A stretch of DNA of 59,025 bases from Candidatus Limnocylindria bacterium (GCA_035525825.1 DATLDP010000033.1:1-59025); one strand, 5' to 3'. Numbered from the stretch's first letter, positions 1 through 9,430 are shown. Notes: a model not told the origin generated them from the letters alone. Numbers and translations: made by a program.

Positions 1-570
1 GCCTATTACATGGCCCGGATCGCGCGGCAACGCGTGCGAAACGCGATGGTCGTCGCCGTCCTGCTTCCACTGTGGGCCGCGTACCTCGTGAAGGTCTTCG
101 CGTGGCGCACCATCCTCCAGGGCAACGGCCTGCTCGAGTGGGCCCTCACGCCGTTCGGGATCCAGAGCGAGGGCCTCAAGAGCCTCACCAACTCCTGGAT
201 CGTCCTCAGCTATCTCTGGCTGCCGTACATGATCCTGCCGGTGTACGCCGGACTCGAACGCATCCCGAGCTCCTTCCTGGAGGCCTCGGCGGACCTCGGC
301 GGCAAGGCCGGAACGACGTTCCGGCGGGTGATCCTGCCGCTCGTCTTCCCGGCGTTGGTCGCGGGCTCCATCTTCACGTTCTCGCTGACCCTCGGCGACT
401 ACATCACGCCGGACCTCGTGTCCGACGCGAAGTTCATCGGCAACGTGATCTACGACAACTCGGCGCTCGGCAACCCTCCGCTCGCGGCGGCCTACTCGCT
501 GGTGCCGATCGCGATCATGACGGTCTACCTCCTGCTGGCCCGGCGGCTGGGCGCCTTCTCGTCGCTGTGA
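1..570 (+). CDS. ABC transporter permease, PotB-like (polyamine/opine family), 5'-truncated by the window
   Basis: Frame open from base 1. Hydrophobic, with the EAA loop 'LEASADLGG' and PLVFPALVAGSIFTFSLTLGDY. Confidence 0.85.
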   Translation, partial: AYYMARIARQRVRNAMVVAVLLPLWAAYLVKVFAWRTILQGNGLLEWALTPFGIQSEGLKSLTNSWIVLSYLWLPYMILPVYAGLERIPSSFLEASADLGGKAGTTFRRVILPLVFPALVAGSIFTFSLTLGDYITPDLVSDAKFIGNVIYDNSALGNPPLAAAYSLVPIAIMTVYLLLARRLGAFSSL

Positions 571-580
571 CCAGCGTCTG

Positions 581-1384
581 ATGGTCGAGTCGAGGGGAAC
601 CGCGATCCTGCTGCGCATCGCCAGCGCGCTGGTGCTGGCGTTTCTCTACCTCCCGCTGGTCGTGCTGGTGATCTACGCCTTCAACGACAGCCGGGTCCAG
701 ACCTGGCCGCCGGCGCACTTCTCGCTGAAGTGGTTCGGGGAGGCGGCGGCCAATCCCCAGATCATCAAGGCCGTGACGACCTCCCTCATCGCCGGCTCGG
801 TTGCCACGGTGCTCGCGCTCGTCCTGGGGACCCTCGCGGCACTGGCCGTCCATCGCTACCGGTTCTTCGGCCGCGAGACGATCTCGTTCCTGCTGGTCCT
901 GCCGATCGCGCTTCCGGGGGTCGTGACGGGGATCGCGCTCCAGCGGACGTTCAAGACGCTCGATCTCGACTTCGGGCTGATGACCGTGATCGTCGGCCAT
1001 GCGACCTTCTGCGTGGTCATCGTCTACAACAACGTGATCGCCCGGATGCGGCGGCTGCCCTCCTCGCCGGAGGAGGCCTCGGCCGACCTCGGGGCGGACA
1101 TGTGGACCACGTTCCGACGAGTCACCGCCCCGCGACTCGGAACGGCCCTGCTGTCCGGCGCCCTGCTGGCCTTCGCTCTGTCGTTCGACGAGATCATCGT
1201 GACCAACTTCACGGCCGGCCCGGGAACGCAGACGGTCCCGCTCTGGATCCTGACCGCCATCCAGCGGCCGAACGAGCTGCCGGTCGTCAACGTGGTCGCC
1301 TTCATCCTGATCCTGGTGAGCGTGATCCCGGTGTGGCTCGCGCAACGGCTCAGCGGCGCCGAGACGGCAGGCGCCCGGCTTTAG
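581..1384 (+). CDS. ABC transporter permease, PotC-like
   Basis: FLYLPLVVLVIYAFN N-terminus, EEASADLGA EAA loop, FALSFDE motif; follows the PotB-like gene. Confidence 0.88.
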   Translation: MVESRGTAILLRIASALVLAFLYLPLVVLVIYAFNDSRVQTWPPAHFSLKWFGEAAANPQIIKAVTTSLIAGSVATVLALVLGTLAALAVHRYRFFGRETISFLLVLPIALPGVVTGIALQRTFKTLDLDFGLMTVIVGHATFCVVIVYNNVIARMRRLPSSPEEASADLGADMWTTFRRVTAPRLGTALLSGALLAFALSFDEIIVTNFTAGPGTQTVPLWILTAIQRPNELPVVNVVAFILILVSVIPVWLAQRLSGAETAGARL

Positions 1385-1427
1385 CTCCCGCTCCAGCGCC
1401 CGGCTGTGGCCGCGCTACGATCCCGCG

Positions 1428-1769
1428 ATGGCGACCCCCTCGATCGATCTGGCTGCGGCGCGAGCGAGCCTGCTCGAGGAGCGCGGGCGGCTGGTGGTCG
1501 AACTCGGCGAGCCGATCGAAGGACCGGGCCAGATGACCTACGGCTCACAGGCCGCGGCCGCCAGCCAGGTCTTCGAGCAGCAGCGTGACCTCGCGCTGCG
1601 CGAGCGCTCGAAGGCGGAGCTCGAGCGGGTCGACGCAGCACTTCGAGCGCTCGACGCCGGGACGTACGGGACCTGCATGAGCTGTGGCAATCCGATCGCG
1701 CCGGAGCGGCTGGAGGCCATCCCGTGGGCGCCCACCTGCATCGATTGCGCCCGCAAGGGCGGGCGCTGA
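1428..1769 (+). CDS. TraR/DksA C4-type zinc-finger protein
   Basis: Helical N-terminus, then GTYGTCMSCGNPIAPERLEAIPWAPTCIDC (Cx2C-x17-Cx2C). Confidence 0.9.
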   Translation: MATPSIDLAAARASLLEERGRLVVELGEPIEGPGQMTYGSQAAAASQVFEQQRDLALRERSKAELERVDAALRALDAGTYGTCMSCGNPIAPERLEAIPWAPTCIDCARKGGR

Positions 1770-1771
1770 AC

Positions 1772-2830
1772 GTGGCCACGGACGCGGGCGCCCGCGCGCT
1801 TGCGGAGGCCGATCTCGCGGGCGTGGGCGAGGACGCGAGTGCTGCCCTCGTCACCCTCGAGGACATCCGCAGGGCAGCGGCGAATCTCGCCGGCGTGGCC
1901 ATCCGGACCCCGCTGCTCTCATTCGGGACCGCCGGTTCGGGCGGCCCGCGGGTGCTGCTCAAGGCCGAGTCGCTCCAGCCGATCGGCGCGTTCAAGATCC
2001 GCGGCGCCTACCACGCGATCGCCTCGCTGACGCCGGAGGAGCGGGCTCGCGGCGTCGTGACGCACTCCTCGGGCAACCATGCGCAGGGCGTCGCGCGGGC
2101 GGCGCGACTCCTGGGGGCAAAGGCCGTGATCGTGATGCCATCCGATGCGCCGGCGGTGAAGCGCCGCCGGGTCGAGGCGGACGGCGCGGAGGTGATCACC
2201 GTGGCTCCTGCCAGCAGCGCCCGCGAGGCAAAGGCGGAGGAGCTCATCCGCGAGCGAGGGCTGGTGTTCGTGCCGCCCTACGACGACGACCGGGTCATCG
2301 CGGGCCAGGGCACGGTCGGGCTCGAGATCGCCGAGGACGTTCCGGATCTCGCCGCCGTGCTGGTGCCGATCGGCGGGGGTGGCCTCTCCAGCGGCGTGGC
2401 GGTCGCGATCCGCGCCCTCCATCCGAACGCGAGGGTCCTGGGGGTCGAGCCGCAGGTCGCCGCCGACGCGCGGCAGTCGCTGCGCGAGGGCCGGATCGTG
2501 CGCTGGGACGCGGCGCAGACCGGGTCGACGATCGCGGACGGCGTTCGATCACAGGCGATCGGGCGGCGGCCGTTCGCCCACCTCTCGAAGCTGCTCGACG
2601 ATGTCATCACCGTGGCCGAGGCCGAGATCGCGGCGGGCGTCCGGCTGATCGCCGAGGAGGCGCGGCTGGTCGTTGAGCCGTCAGGCGCGGTGGCCCCTGC
2701 GGCCGCGCGCTTCCGGGCCGGCGAGGCGGGCATCGACGGCCTCACCGGGACGGTCGTCGCCGTCGTCAGTGGCGGCAACGTGGATCCGGAGCGCTACCTC
2801 GCGCTGCTGGAGTCGCCGCTCCCCGGCTGA
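1772..2830 (+). CDS. PLP-dependent threonine/serine dehydratase (catabolic type, no ACT domain)
   Basis: KAESLQPIGAFKIRGA (PLP lysine), HSSGNHAQG, PIGGGGL, VEPSGA, SGGNVD. Start moved to the GTG just after the DksA-like stop. Confidence 0.9.
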   Translation: MATDAGARALAEADLAGVGEDASAALVTLEDIRRAAANLAGVAIRTPLLSFGTAGSGGPRVLLKAESLQPIGAFKIRGAYHAIASLTPEERARGVVTHSSGNHAQGVARAARLLGAKAVIVMPSDAPAVKRRRVEADGAEVITVAPASSAREAKAEELIRERGLVFVPPYDDDRVIAGQGTVGLEIAEDVPDLAAVLVPIGGGGLSSGVAVAIRALHPNARVLGVEPQVAADARQSLREGRIVRWDAAQTGSTIADGVRSQAIGRRPFAHLSKLLDDVITVAEAEIAAGVRLIAEEARLVVEPSGAVAPAAARFRAGEAGIDGLTGTVVAVVSGGNVDPERYLALLESPLPG

Positions 2831-3864
2831 CCGGAGGGTCCGGCCGAACCACCCGCGGCGGCCGTGGCGGCCTCGTTCGCCCGCCGTCGCTCGAGGCGAT
2901 CCGCGCGGTCCCGCAGCGCCGCCCGCTGCGTGTCGGCCCGGCGCTCAGCCGCCACCGTGTCGCGCGTCTCGTGGCGCATCCACGCCGCGACGATCATGAG
3001 CACCCCGACGATGAAGACCACGTCCCCGCCGAGCCACATGATCCCGCCGGCAAGCTGCTGGTCCGCCAGCGGCGCGATCCCGTACGGCGCGCCCAGCGAC
3101 GCGTAGTGGCCATACAGGGGAGCGGGCGCAAACAGGATCGCTACGCCCAGGAACGAGTTGAGCGGGAACTGGAGCAGCAGGTACAGGACCCGCGCCGGGT
3201 AGCCCATCCGGCGTCGCGCGGGATCGGCCGCGATCGCGGGCCACCAGAACAGCAGCGCGGTCCCGAGATAGAGCGCGTGCTCCAGCTCGTGGACTTCCCC
3301 ATTCTCGAGGGCCAGGTCGAACAGGAGCGAGAAGTGGCTGACCCACATCACGACGGTGAAGGCCAGCCAGGCGACCACCGGGTGCCCGATCGCGCCGACG
3401 GCCGTTGAGTGAAGCACCGGCAGCAGGACCCGCCGACGGGCGTCCGGCGTCGCCACTCGGAGGAGCTGCGTCACCGGCGCGGCGAGGACCAGCAGCGGCG
3501 CCGCGATGAACAGCAGGAGGAGGTGCTGGACCATGTGGATCGAGAACAGCGTGGTGTCGTAGCGCCCGATCCCAGAGAGCAGCGCCACGGCGATCGCAGC
3601 GAGCCCGCCGAACCACGCCGCGGACCGACCGAGCGGCACCGGCGTGTCCGGGTGCGCAATGGCGATCCGCCGGACCAGCCAGATCCAGCCCGGCGCCGCC
3701 GCGAACAGCCCGATCGCGACCAGGGGCTCCAGATGCCAGCCGAAGGCGAGATTCGCAAAGGACGGTGGGTCCGGCGGAACGGAGCCATGCGCCACGGCCG
3801 TTCCCGGGACCGCCGCGGCGATGAGCATCGCGGTCGGGACGAGGAAGGTGAGGCGCCGGGTCAC
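2794..3864 (-). CDS. ctaG: Cytochrome c oxidase assembly protein, caa3-type CtaG family
   Basis: FSIHMVQHLLLLFIAAPLL, VHELEH and DQQLAGGIMW motifs; divergent from the cox operon. GTG start at 3864 inferred. Confidence 0.85.
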   Translation of the reverse strand: MTRRLTFLVPTAMLIAAAVPGTAVAHGSVPPDPPSFANLAFGWHLEPLVAIGLFAAAPGWIWLVRRIAIAHPDTPVPLGRSAAWFGGLAAIAVALLSGIGRYDTTLFSIHMVQHLLLLFIAAPLLVLAAPVTQLLRVATPDARRRVLLPVLHSTAVGAIGHPVVAWLAFTVVMWVSHFSLLFDLALENGEVHELEHALYLGTALLFWWPAIAADPARRRMGYPARVLYLLLQFPLNSFLGVAILFAPAPLYGHYASLGAPYGIAPLADQQLAGGIMWLGGDVVFIVGVLMIVAAWMRHETRDTVAAERRADTQRAALRDRADRLERRRANEAATAAAGGSAGPSGQPGSGDSSSAR

Positions 3865-4021
3865 GCCGTCATGGTGGCACGGCGTGCGCATGCGCCCCAC
3901 GATCGTGCTCGCGCTATGATGGCCCTCGGTCGGCCGAGGTTTGGTCGGCCGTTCCCGTGCCCGCCCGGTGCGCCATCACCCCGCTGCCGGGCACCGGTCC
4001 CGCCGACGCACTCGAGGAGCC

Positions 4022-5128
4022 ATGTCGACCAGTCCGAGGAAGCCCCCCGCCCCCGGAGCGATCGTCGCCGGTGGTGCCGTGCTCCTCCTGATCGCCATCG
4101 TCGGGATCGTGCTCCTGAGCCCTGCCGGCTCGGCGCTGTATCCGCCGCCGCCCGCCACTGCCCAGGCGCGGGAGATCAGCCAGCTCTACGACATCATCTT
4201 CGCCATCGCCGTGGTGGTCTTCCTCGTCGTCGAGGGCCTGATCGTCTGGAGCATCTTCCGGTACCGCCGGCGCCCGGGCGACACGGACCTGCCGCCCCAG
4301 ACCCACGGCAACAACCTGGTCGAGGCGCTCTGGACGCTCATCCCGACCGTGCTCGTGATCTTCATGTTCGCGATCTCGTGGCAGACCCTCGATCACGTTG
4401 ACGCGGTCAGCGCGGACCCGGACGTCCACATCAACGCCCTGGCGGGCCAGTTCCAGTGGCAGTTCCAGTACCTCGACAAGGACGGCAACGTCCTCGCGAC
4501 CCAGCGCCGAGCGGTCGGCGACGGCGGCGGCATGGCCGTGCCGGTCGCCAAGTCGGTCTACGTGACGCTCGAGAGCCGGGACGTCATCCACGCCTGGTAC
4601 GTCCCGCGGTTCCTCTTCAAGCGCGACGTCGTCCCGGGCCAGCAGAACCACTTCGAGTTCAAGGTGGACGAGGCCGAGGCCGGCCAGACGTTCCACGGCC
4701 AGTGCGCGGAGCTCTGCGGTACCGGCCATCGGGCGATGCTCTTCGACGTCGTGGCCATGGCCCCGGCGGACTACGACGCCTGGCTGGCGAAGCTGGTCGA
4801 GGCGGCCAATGCGACGCCGCCTCCGGCGCCGTCCGGCGCAGCCGTGATCGACCTGGCGGCGCAGGCCATCGCCTACGACAAGAAGACGCTCGATGCCCCG
4901 GCGGACGCACCGTTCGTCATCGCCTTCAAGAACGGCGACCCCGAGACCATCACCCACGACGTCGACATCAAGGGTGCCGACGGCGCCGTGATCGCCAACC
5001 AGGAGCCCATCGCGGGCGGCACCACCGGCCAATACCAGTACCAGCCGCTCGCGGCCGGCACGTACCAGTTCTTCTGCTCGATCCATCCCGGCGTGGCCGC
5101 GATGGAAGGCACCCTGACGGTGAAGTGA
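4022..5128 (+). CDS. ctaC: Cytochrome c oxidase subunit II with C-terminal type-1 cupredoxin domain
   Basis: Two TM helices; CuA ligands DVIHAW...CAELCGTGHRAM; P/A linker; then H(DV)...CSIHPGVAAM. SD gaggag precedes ATG 4022. Confidence 0.93.
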   Translation: MSTSPRKPPAPGAIVAGGAVLLLIAIVGIVLLSPAGSALYPPPPATAQAREISQLYDIIFAIAVVVFLVVEGLIVWSIFRYRRRPGDTDLPPQTHGNNLVEALWTLIPTVLVIFMFAISWQTLDHVDAVSADPDVHINALAGQFQWQFQYLDKDGNVLATQRRAVGDGGGMAVPVAKSVYVTLESRDVIHAWYVPRFLFKRDVVPGQQNHFEFKVDEAEAGQTFHGQCAELCGTGHRAMLFDVVAMAPADYDAWLAKLVEAANATPPPAPSGAAVIDLAAQAIAYDKKTLDAPADAPFVIAFKNGDPETITHDVDIKGADGAVIANQEPIAGGTTGQYQYQPLAAGTYQFFCSIHPGVAAMEGTLTVK

Positions 5129-5138
5129 GGAGGCAGCG

Positions 5139-6854
5139 ATGGCCACGCACGCCCTGAGCCCGGCTGCCGTCCCCGCCTACCGCGGCGGCATCTACGAGTG
5201 GCTGACCACGACCGATCACAAGAAGATCGGGATCATGTACGTGATCAACTCGTTCCTGTTCTTCCTGGTCGGCGGCATGTTCGCGCTGCTCGTCCGGACG
5301 GAGCTGGCGCAGCCCGGGATCCAGTTCTTCACCAACGAGCACGTCTACAACGAGTCGTTCTCGATCCATGCGACCGTGATGATCTTCCTGTTCATCATCC
5401 CGATGCTCGCGGGCCTCGGGAACTACGCGGTCCCGCTGATGATCGGCGCGCCGGACATGGCGTTCCCGCGGATCAATGCCCTGTCGTTCTGGATGTTGCC
5501 GCTCGGCGGGATCCTGCTGCTGATGGGCTTCCTGGTCCCAGGCGGCGCGGCCGCGGCCGGCTGGACGAGCTATCCCCCACTGTCCGAGCGAGGCGCGCTG
5601 TCGTCGCCAGGTGCGGGCCAGGACCTCTGGATCGTGGCACTGATCCTGATCGGCACGAGCTCGATTCTCGGCGGCATCAACTTCCTCGTGACGATCTTCA
5701 AGATGCGCGCGCCCGGGATGACCCTGTTCCGGATGCCGATCATGGTCTGGACCATTCTCGTGACCAGCGTGCTCGTCGTCATGGCGACGCCGGTCATCAC
5801 GAGCGCCCTGGTTATGCTCTTCATCGACCGGAACTACGGCGGCTCGTTCTTCAACCCGGAGACCGGCGGCACGGCCGTGCTCTACCAGAACGTGTTCTGG
5901 TTCTACTCGCATCCCGCCGTGTACGTCATGGTCCTGCCCGCGATGGGCGTGATCAGCGAGGTCCTGCCGGTCTTCAGCCGGAAGCCGCTGTTCGGCTACA
6001 AGGCGTTCATCTTCGCGACCGCCGGCATCGGCGCCCTCGGGTTCTCTGTGTGGGCCCACCACATGTTCACGACGGGCGCGGTGTTCCTGCCGTTCTTCGC
6101 GCTGATGACGTTCTTCATCGCCGTCCCGACCGGCGTGAAGATGTTCAACTGGGTCTTCACGATGTTCCGGGGCCAGCTGACATTCTCGACCCCGCTCATC
6201 TTCGCGATCGGCTTCCTGACGATGTTCCTGATCGGCGGCATCAACGGCGCCTTCAGCGCAGCCGTCCCGGTCGACTTCGCCCTCCATGACACCTACTGGG
6301 TCGTCGCCCACCTCCACTACGTCCTCTTCGGCGGCTCCGTGTTCGGCGTCTTCGCCGGGCTCTACTACTGGTTCCCGAAGATGACCGGCCGGATGCTCGA
6401 TGAAGGGCTCGGCAAGGTCCACTTCGCCCTGATGTTCATCGGCTTCAACCTGACGTTCTTCCCGATGCACATGCTCGGCATCAAGGGCATGCCCCGGCGG
6501 ATCGCGGACTACGCCTCCACCGCGGGCTGGAACGACTGGAACCTCCTGGCAACCGTCGGCGGCTTCCTGATCGGCATCTCGATGCTGCCGTTCATCTGGA
6601 ACGTCTTCGTCTCGCTGCGGAACGGCAAGGTCGCCGGCGACGATCCATGGGAGGGCAACACCCTCGAGTGGGCGACCTCCTCGCCGCCGCCGCCGTACAA
6701 CTTCGATCGCCTGCCGGAGATCCGGTCGGAGCGGCCGCTGTTCGATGCCCGCCACGGGCTCGTCGCCCATGACACCAACGCTCCGCGCGAGGTGGAGGAC
6801 GGCCAGAAGGCCATCGGGGCAGGCCCGGGCGAAGGTCGCGAGGGCCAGGCGTGA
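5139..6854 (+). CDS. ctaD: Heme-copper oxidase subunit I, A2 type
   Basis: TTTDHKKIG, HATVMIF, YSHPAVY, WAHHMF and VVAHLHY ligand motifs; PDMAFPRIN D-channel segment; TGVK K-channel lysine. Confidence 0.97.
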   Translation: MATHALSPAAVPAYRGGIYEWLTTTDHKKIGIMYVINSFLFFLVGGMFALLVRTELAQPGIQFFTNEHVYNESFSIHATVMIFLFIIPMLAGLGNYAVPLMIGAPDMAFPRINALSFWMLPLGGILLLMGFLVPGGAAAAGWTSYPPLSERGALSSPGAGQDLWIVALILIGTSSILGGINFLVTIFKMRAPGMTLFRMPIMVWTILVTSVLVVMATPVITSALVMLFIDRNYGGSFFNPETGGTAVLYQNVFWFYSHPAVYVMVLPAMGVISEVLPVFSRKPLFGYKAFIFATAGIGALGFSVWAHHMFTTGAVFLPFFALMTFFIAVPTGVKMFNWVFTMFRGQLTFSTPLIFAIGFLTMFLIGGINGAFSAAVPVDFALHDTYWVVAHLHYVLFGGSVFGVFAGLYYWFPKMTGRMLDEGLGKVHFALMFIGFNLTFFPMHMLGIKGMPRRIADYASTAGWNDWNLLATVGGFLIGISMLPFIWNVFVSLRNGKVAGDDPWEGNTLEWATSSPPPPYNFDRLPEIRSERPLFDARHGLVAHDTNAPREVEDGQKAIGAGPGEGREGQA

Positions 6855-7486
6855 CCGCTGAAGCCCCGCCCATGACCGGCGCCGTTTCCCACGGGGATCC
6901 GCACGCCGCCGAAAGCGGCCACGCGCAGCGAGGCATCTCCAACCCGATCCTCGGGATGGCGCTGTTCATCACCTCCGAGGTGATGTTCTTCTCGGGCCTG
7001 TTCGCCGCCTACTTCGCGACTCGCGCGGCGAACCAGCCGTGGCCGCCGGAGGCCTTCGGGGAGCTCCTGGAGCCCCTCTCTCTGATCCTGGTCGCGACGA
7101 TCATCCTGATCCTGAGCTCGTTCACCTGCCAGTTCGCCGTCTGGTCCATCCGGAAGGGCGACCGGGCCGGGTTCATCCGGAACATCTCGATCACCTTCGT
7201 GCTCGGGATCATCTTCCTGGTCATGCAGATGTACGACTACAGCATCCTCTTCGGCGAGGGGATGACGCTCGGCTCCGGGCCGTTCGGGACGACCTACTAC
7301 ACGCTCACCGGCTTCCACGGCGCCCACGTCTTCGGTGGCGTCCTGATGCTCGGGGTGGTGCTGTACCGCGGCCTCGCCGGCCAGTTCTCGGCGAAGCACC
7401 ATGACGCGGTCGAGGCGGTCAGCCTCTACTGGCACTTCGTCGACGTCGTCTGGATTCTCCTCTTCTCGATCCTGTACCTGGTCTGA
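6851..7486 (+). CDS. ctaE: Cytochrome c oxidase subunit III (short form)
   Basis: LFITSEVMFFSGLF, YYTLTGFHGAHV, SLYWHFVDVVW; GTGA overlap with ctaD. Confidence 0.95.
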   Translation: MTAEAPPMTGAVSHGDPHAAESGHAQRGISNPILGMALFITSEVMFFSGLFAAYFATRAANQPWPPEAFGELLEPLSLILVATIILILSSFTCQFAVWSIRKGDRAGFIRNISITFVLGIIFLVMQMYDYSILFGEGMTLGSGPFGTTYYTLTGFHGAHVFGGVLMLGVVLYRGLAGQFSAKHHDAVEAVSLYWHFVDVVWILLFSILYLV

Positions 7487-7499
7487 GGGGGAACGAGAC

Positions 7500-7685
7500 A
7501 TGCCCGGTCGACATCTCGCCGCCATCATCATCGCGATCAGCTGCGTGGTCCTCGGCGTCCTCTACGGCGCCCTCGCGCCCGTCTTCGGCTACCGCATCGA
7601 GTGGGCCGGCGTCACGATGCTGATCGCGCTCGGTGCCGCCCTCGGCCTCATGGTGTTCGTCCTCGACACCGGGCACCGCGAGTAG
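7500..7685 (+). CDS. Small two-TM membrane protein resembling the N-terminal half of actinobacterial oxidase subunit IV (CtaF)
   Basis: 61 aa with two hydrophobic helices; IEWAGVTMLIALG recalls the CtaF EWAGT motif; in-operon position. Confidence 0.6.
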   Translation: MPGRHLAAIIIAISCVVLGVLYGALAPVFGYRIEWAGVTMLIALGAALGLMVFVLDTGHRE

Positions 7686-7698
7686 CGGGCTCCTGCCG

Positions 7699-8787
7699 AT
7701 GGAGCCGACCGCCAGTTCCAGGACCCTCCTCGACACGCTGCTCGAGGCGGCCGCGGTCGTCATCACCCCGAACTGGAACGAGCTGCTGCTCCTGATCCCG
7801 ATCGGGCTGCTCCTCCTCTTCCTCGCCTGGTTCATGCTGACGCTTCGCAGGTTCGCGACCGTCGGCCCCCGACGCCGGGAGCCGGCGCGGATCCAGCCGC
7901 TGACGCCCGCCAACGTCCACATGCCGGGCGGCTCGCTCGCCCCGATCCTGGTCGCGGTGGGCGCGGCATCGCTGTTCGCCGGCCTGATCATCGGTGGCGT
8001 CGCGCTGCTGCTGGGTGTCATCGCGCTCGTGATCACGATGCTCGCCTGGTTCCGCGAGGCGATGCAGGACTACGACCACCTGGAGCCCGCGAACCGGCTG
8101 CCGGCCGTGGTCCACGAGGGCCCGCCGCCCGGCGTCCACATGCCCGGGCCATCGATCCGCCCGCTCCTGGGGGCGCTCGGCTCCGCGGCGCTGCTGGGCG
8201 GCCTCGTGATCGGTGGCTGGGTGCTGATCCTCGCGGTCATCTTCCTCGTCTACACCCTCATCGGCTGGCTGGTCGACGCGACCGCCGAGTACCGCAAGGT
8301 CGAGGAGGCGGACAAGACCGGCCATCTCGAGAACATCCCGGACCGGCGGCTGCCGATGCGCACGCTCCAGGTCTTCGCCGTCCTGTTCGCCCTGCTGACG
8401 ATGGCCCAGCTCGGGATCTTCCCGCCGACCGCGCCGGCCACGGCCGGTGGCCCCGGCGGCTCCCCTGCCCCATCCGGCGCCGGCGGCCCCGTGGCGCCTC
8501 CGGGCTCGCTCCAGCTGGTCGCGTCGGGCATCTCCTACGACCAGAAGTCCCTCACGGCGCCCGCGGACCAGCCGATCACGTTCTTCCTGGTGAACAAGGA
8601 TCCGGCCTCCACTCCGCACGACGTGGAGCTCCACAACGCGGACGGCACGCCGATCAAGCCGGTCCCCGAGACGCCCGGCGGAGAGTCGATGGCCTACCAG
8701 TACGACCCGCTGCCGGCCGGCGACTACACCTACATCTGCTCCATCCACCCAATCCCCGCGATGACGGGGACGCTCACGGTCCAGTAG
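7699..8787 (+). CDS. Multi-TM putative oxidase accessory subunit with duplicated HMPxxS hairpin modules and C-terminal type-1 cupredoxin
   Basis: VHMPGGSLAP (7918) and VHMPGPSIRP (8137) are each followed by two TM helices. C-terminal PHDV...ICSIHPIPAM. Confidence 0.8.
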   Translation: MEPTASSRTLLDTLLEAAAVVITPNWNELLLLIPIGLLLLFLAWFMLTLRRFATVGPRRREPARIQPLTPANVHMPGGSLAPILVAVGAASLFAGLIIGGVALLLGVIALVITMLAWFREAMQDYDHLEPANRLPAVVHEGPPPGVHMPGPSIRPLLGALGSAALLGGLVIGGWVLILAVIFLVYTLIGWLVDATAEYRKVEEADKTGHLENIPDRRLPMRTLQVFAVLFALLTMAQLGIFPPTAPATAGGPGGSPAPSGAGGPVAPPGSLQLVASGISYDQKSLTAPADQPITFFLVNKDPASTPHDVELHNADGTPIKPVPETPGGESMAYQYDPLPAGDYTYICSIHPIPAMTGTLTVQ

Positions 8788-8833
8788 GCAGGTCGACACG
8801 GCGCTCCACCTGGACCGGCGGCGCCGGCTCATC

Positions 8834-9430
8834 GTGATCGGGCTCGTGATTGCGGCGATCGCGACGTTCAGCCTCGTCCAGGTCCGGGCCGCGCTGGACC
8901 GGGCGGAGGCCACCCCAGGCCCGTTCATCGAGCGGGGCAAGGCGGCGCCGCCCATCGTCGGCCGAACGCTCGACGGGGAAACCTTCGACCTGGCGGCCCT
9001 GCGTGGGACCCCGGTGATCGTCAACTTCTGGGGCCCGAGCTGCATCCCCTGCCGCGACGAGTTCCCCCTCTTCAAGACGAAGCTCACCGAACTGGGAGCG
9101 GCGAATCTCGCCATCGTCGGCGTGCTCATGGACGACCCCGTCGCGCCGGCGCGGGACTTTGTCACCGAATACGGCGCGAGCTGGCCCACGGTCGAGGATG
9201 GATCCGGCGCGATCCGGGCGGTGTATCGCGTCGCCGCGCGACCGCAGTCCTACTTCATCGATCGCGAGGGCGTCCTCCGCGCGATCCAGGTCGGCCAGCT
9301 CACCGATGCCGAGTTCGCGCGGCAGTACGCGCTCATCTCGGGTGAGGCGGCCCCGGTCGTTACGGCGACCCCCGGTGGGTTCGGCAGCCAGAAGCCGTTC
9401 GGCAGTCGCGAGGTCCCGCCACCCCCATGA
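8834..9430 (+). CDS. Membrane-anchored TlpA/ResA-like thiol-disulfide oxidoreductase
   Basis: N-terminal TM; VIVNFWGPSCIPCRDEFP (CxxC); PQSYFIDREG cis-Pro motif. Start uncertain (RRRR n-region lies upstream). Confidence 0.85.
   Translation: MIGLVIAAIATFSLVQVRAALDRAEATPGPFIERGKAAPPIVGRTLDGETFDLAALRGTPVIVNFWGPSCIPCRDEFPLFKTKLTELGAANLAIVGVLMDDPVAPARDFVTEYGASWPTVEDGSGAIRAVYRVAARPQSYFIDREGVLRAIQVGQLTDAEFARQYALISGEAAPVVTATPGGFGSQKPFGSREVPPPP

Noticed and set aside
4968-6770. Long antisense or alternate-frame ORFs (also 7648-9189, 28090-30991, 41670-43286, 50050-52290 and others)
   Set aside because: Shadows of real genes expected at this GC content: Arg/Pro/Gly-rich, motif-free, and fully overlapping recognisable CDSs.
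8788-8833. Possible frameshift or lost start of the redoxin gene
   Set aside because: The RRRR n-region lies upstream of the first GTG, but a CTG start at 8810 or the GTG at 8834 would both give a usable membrane anchor; not enough evidence for a pseudogene.
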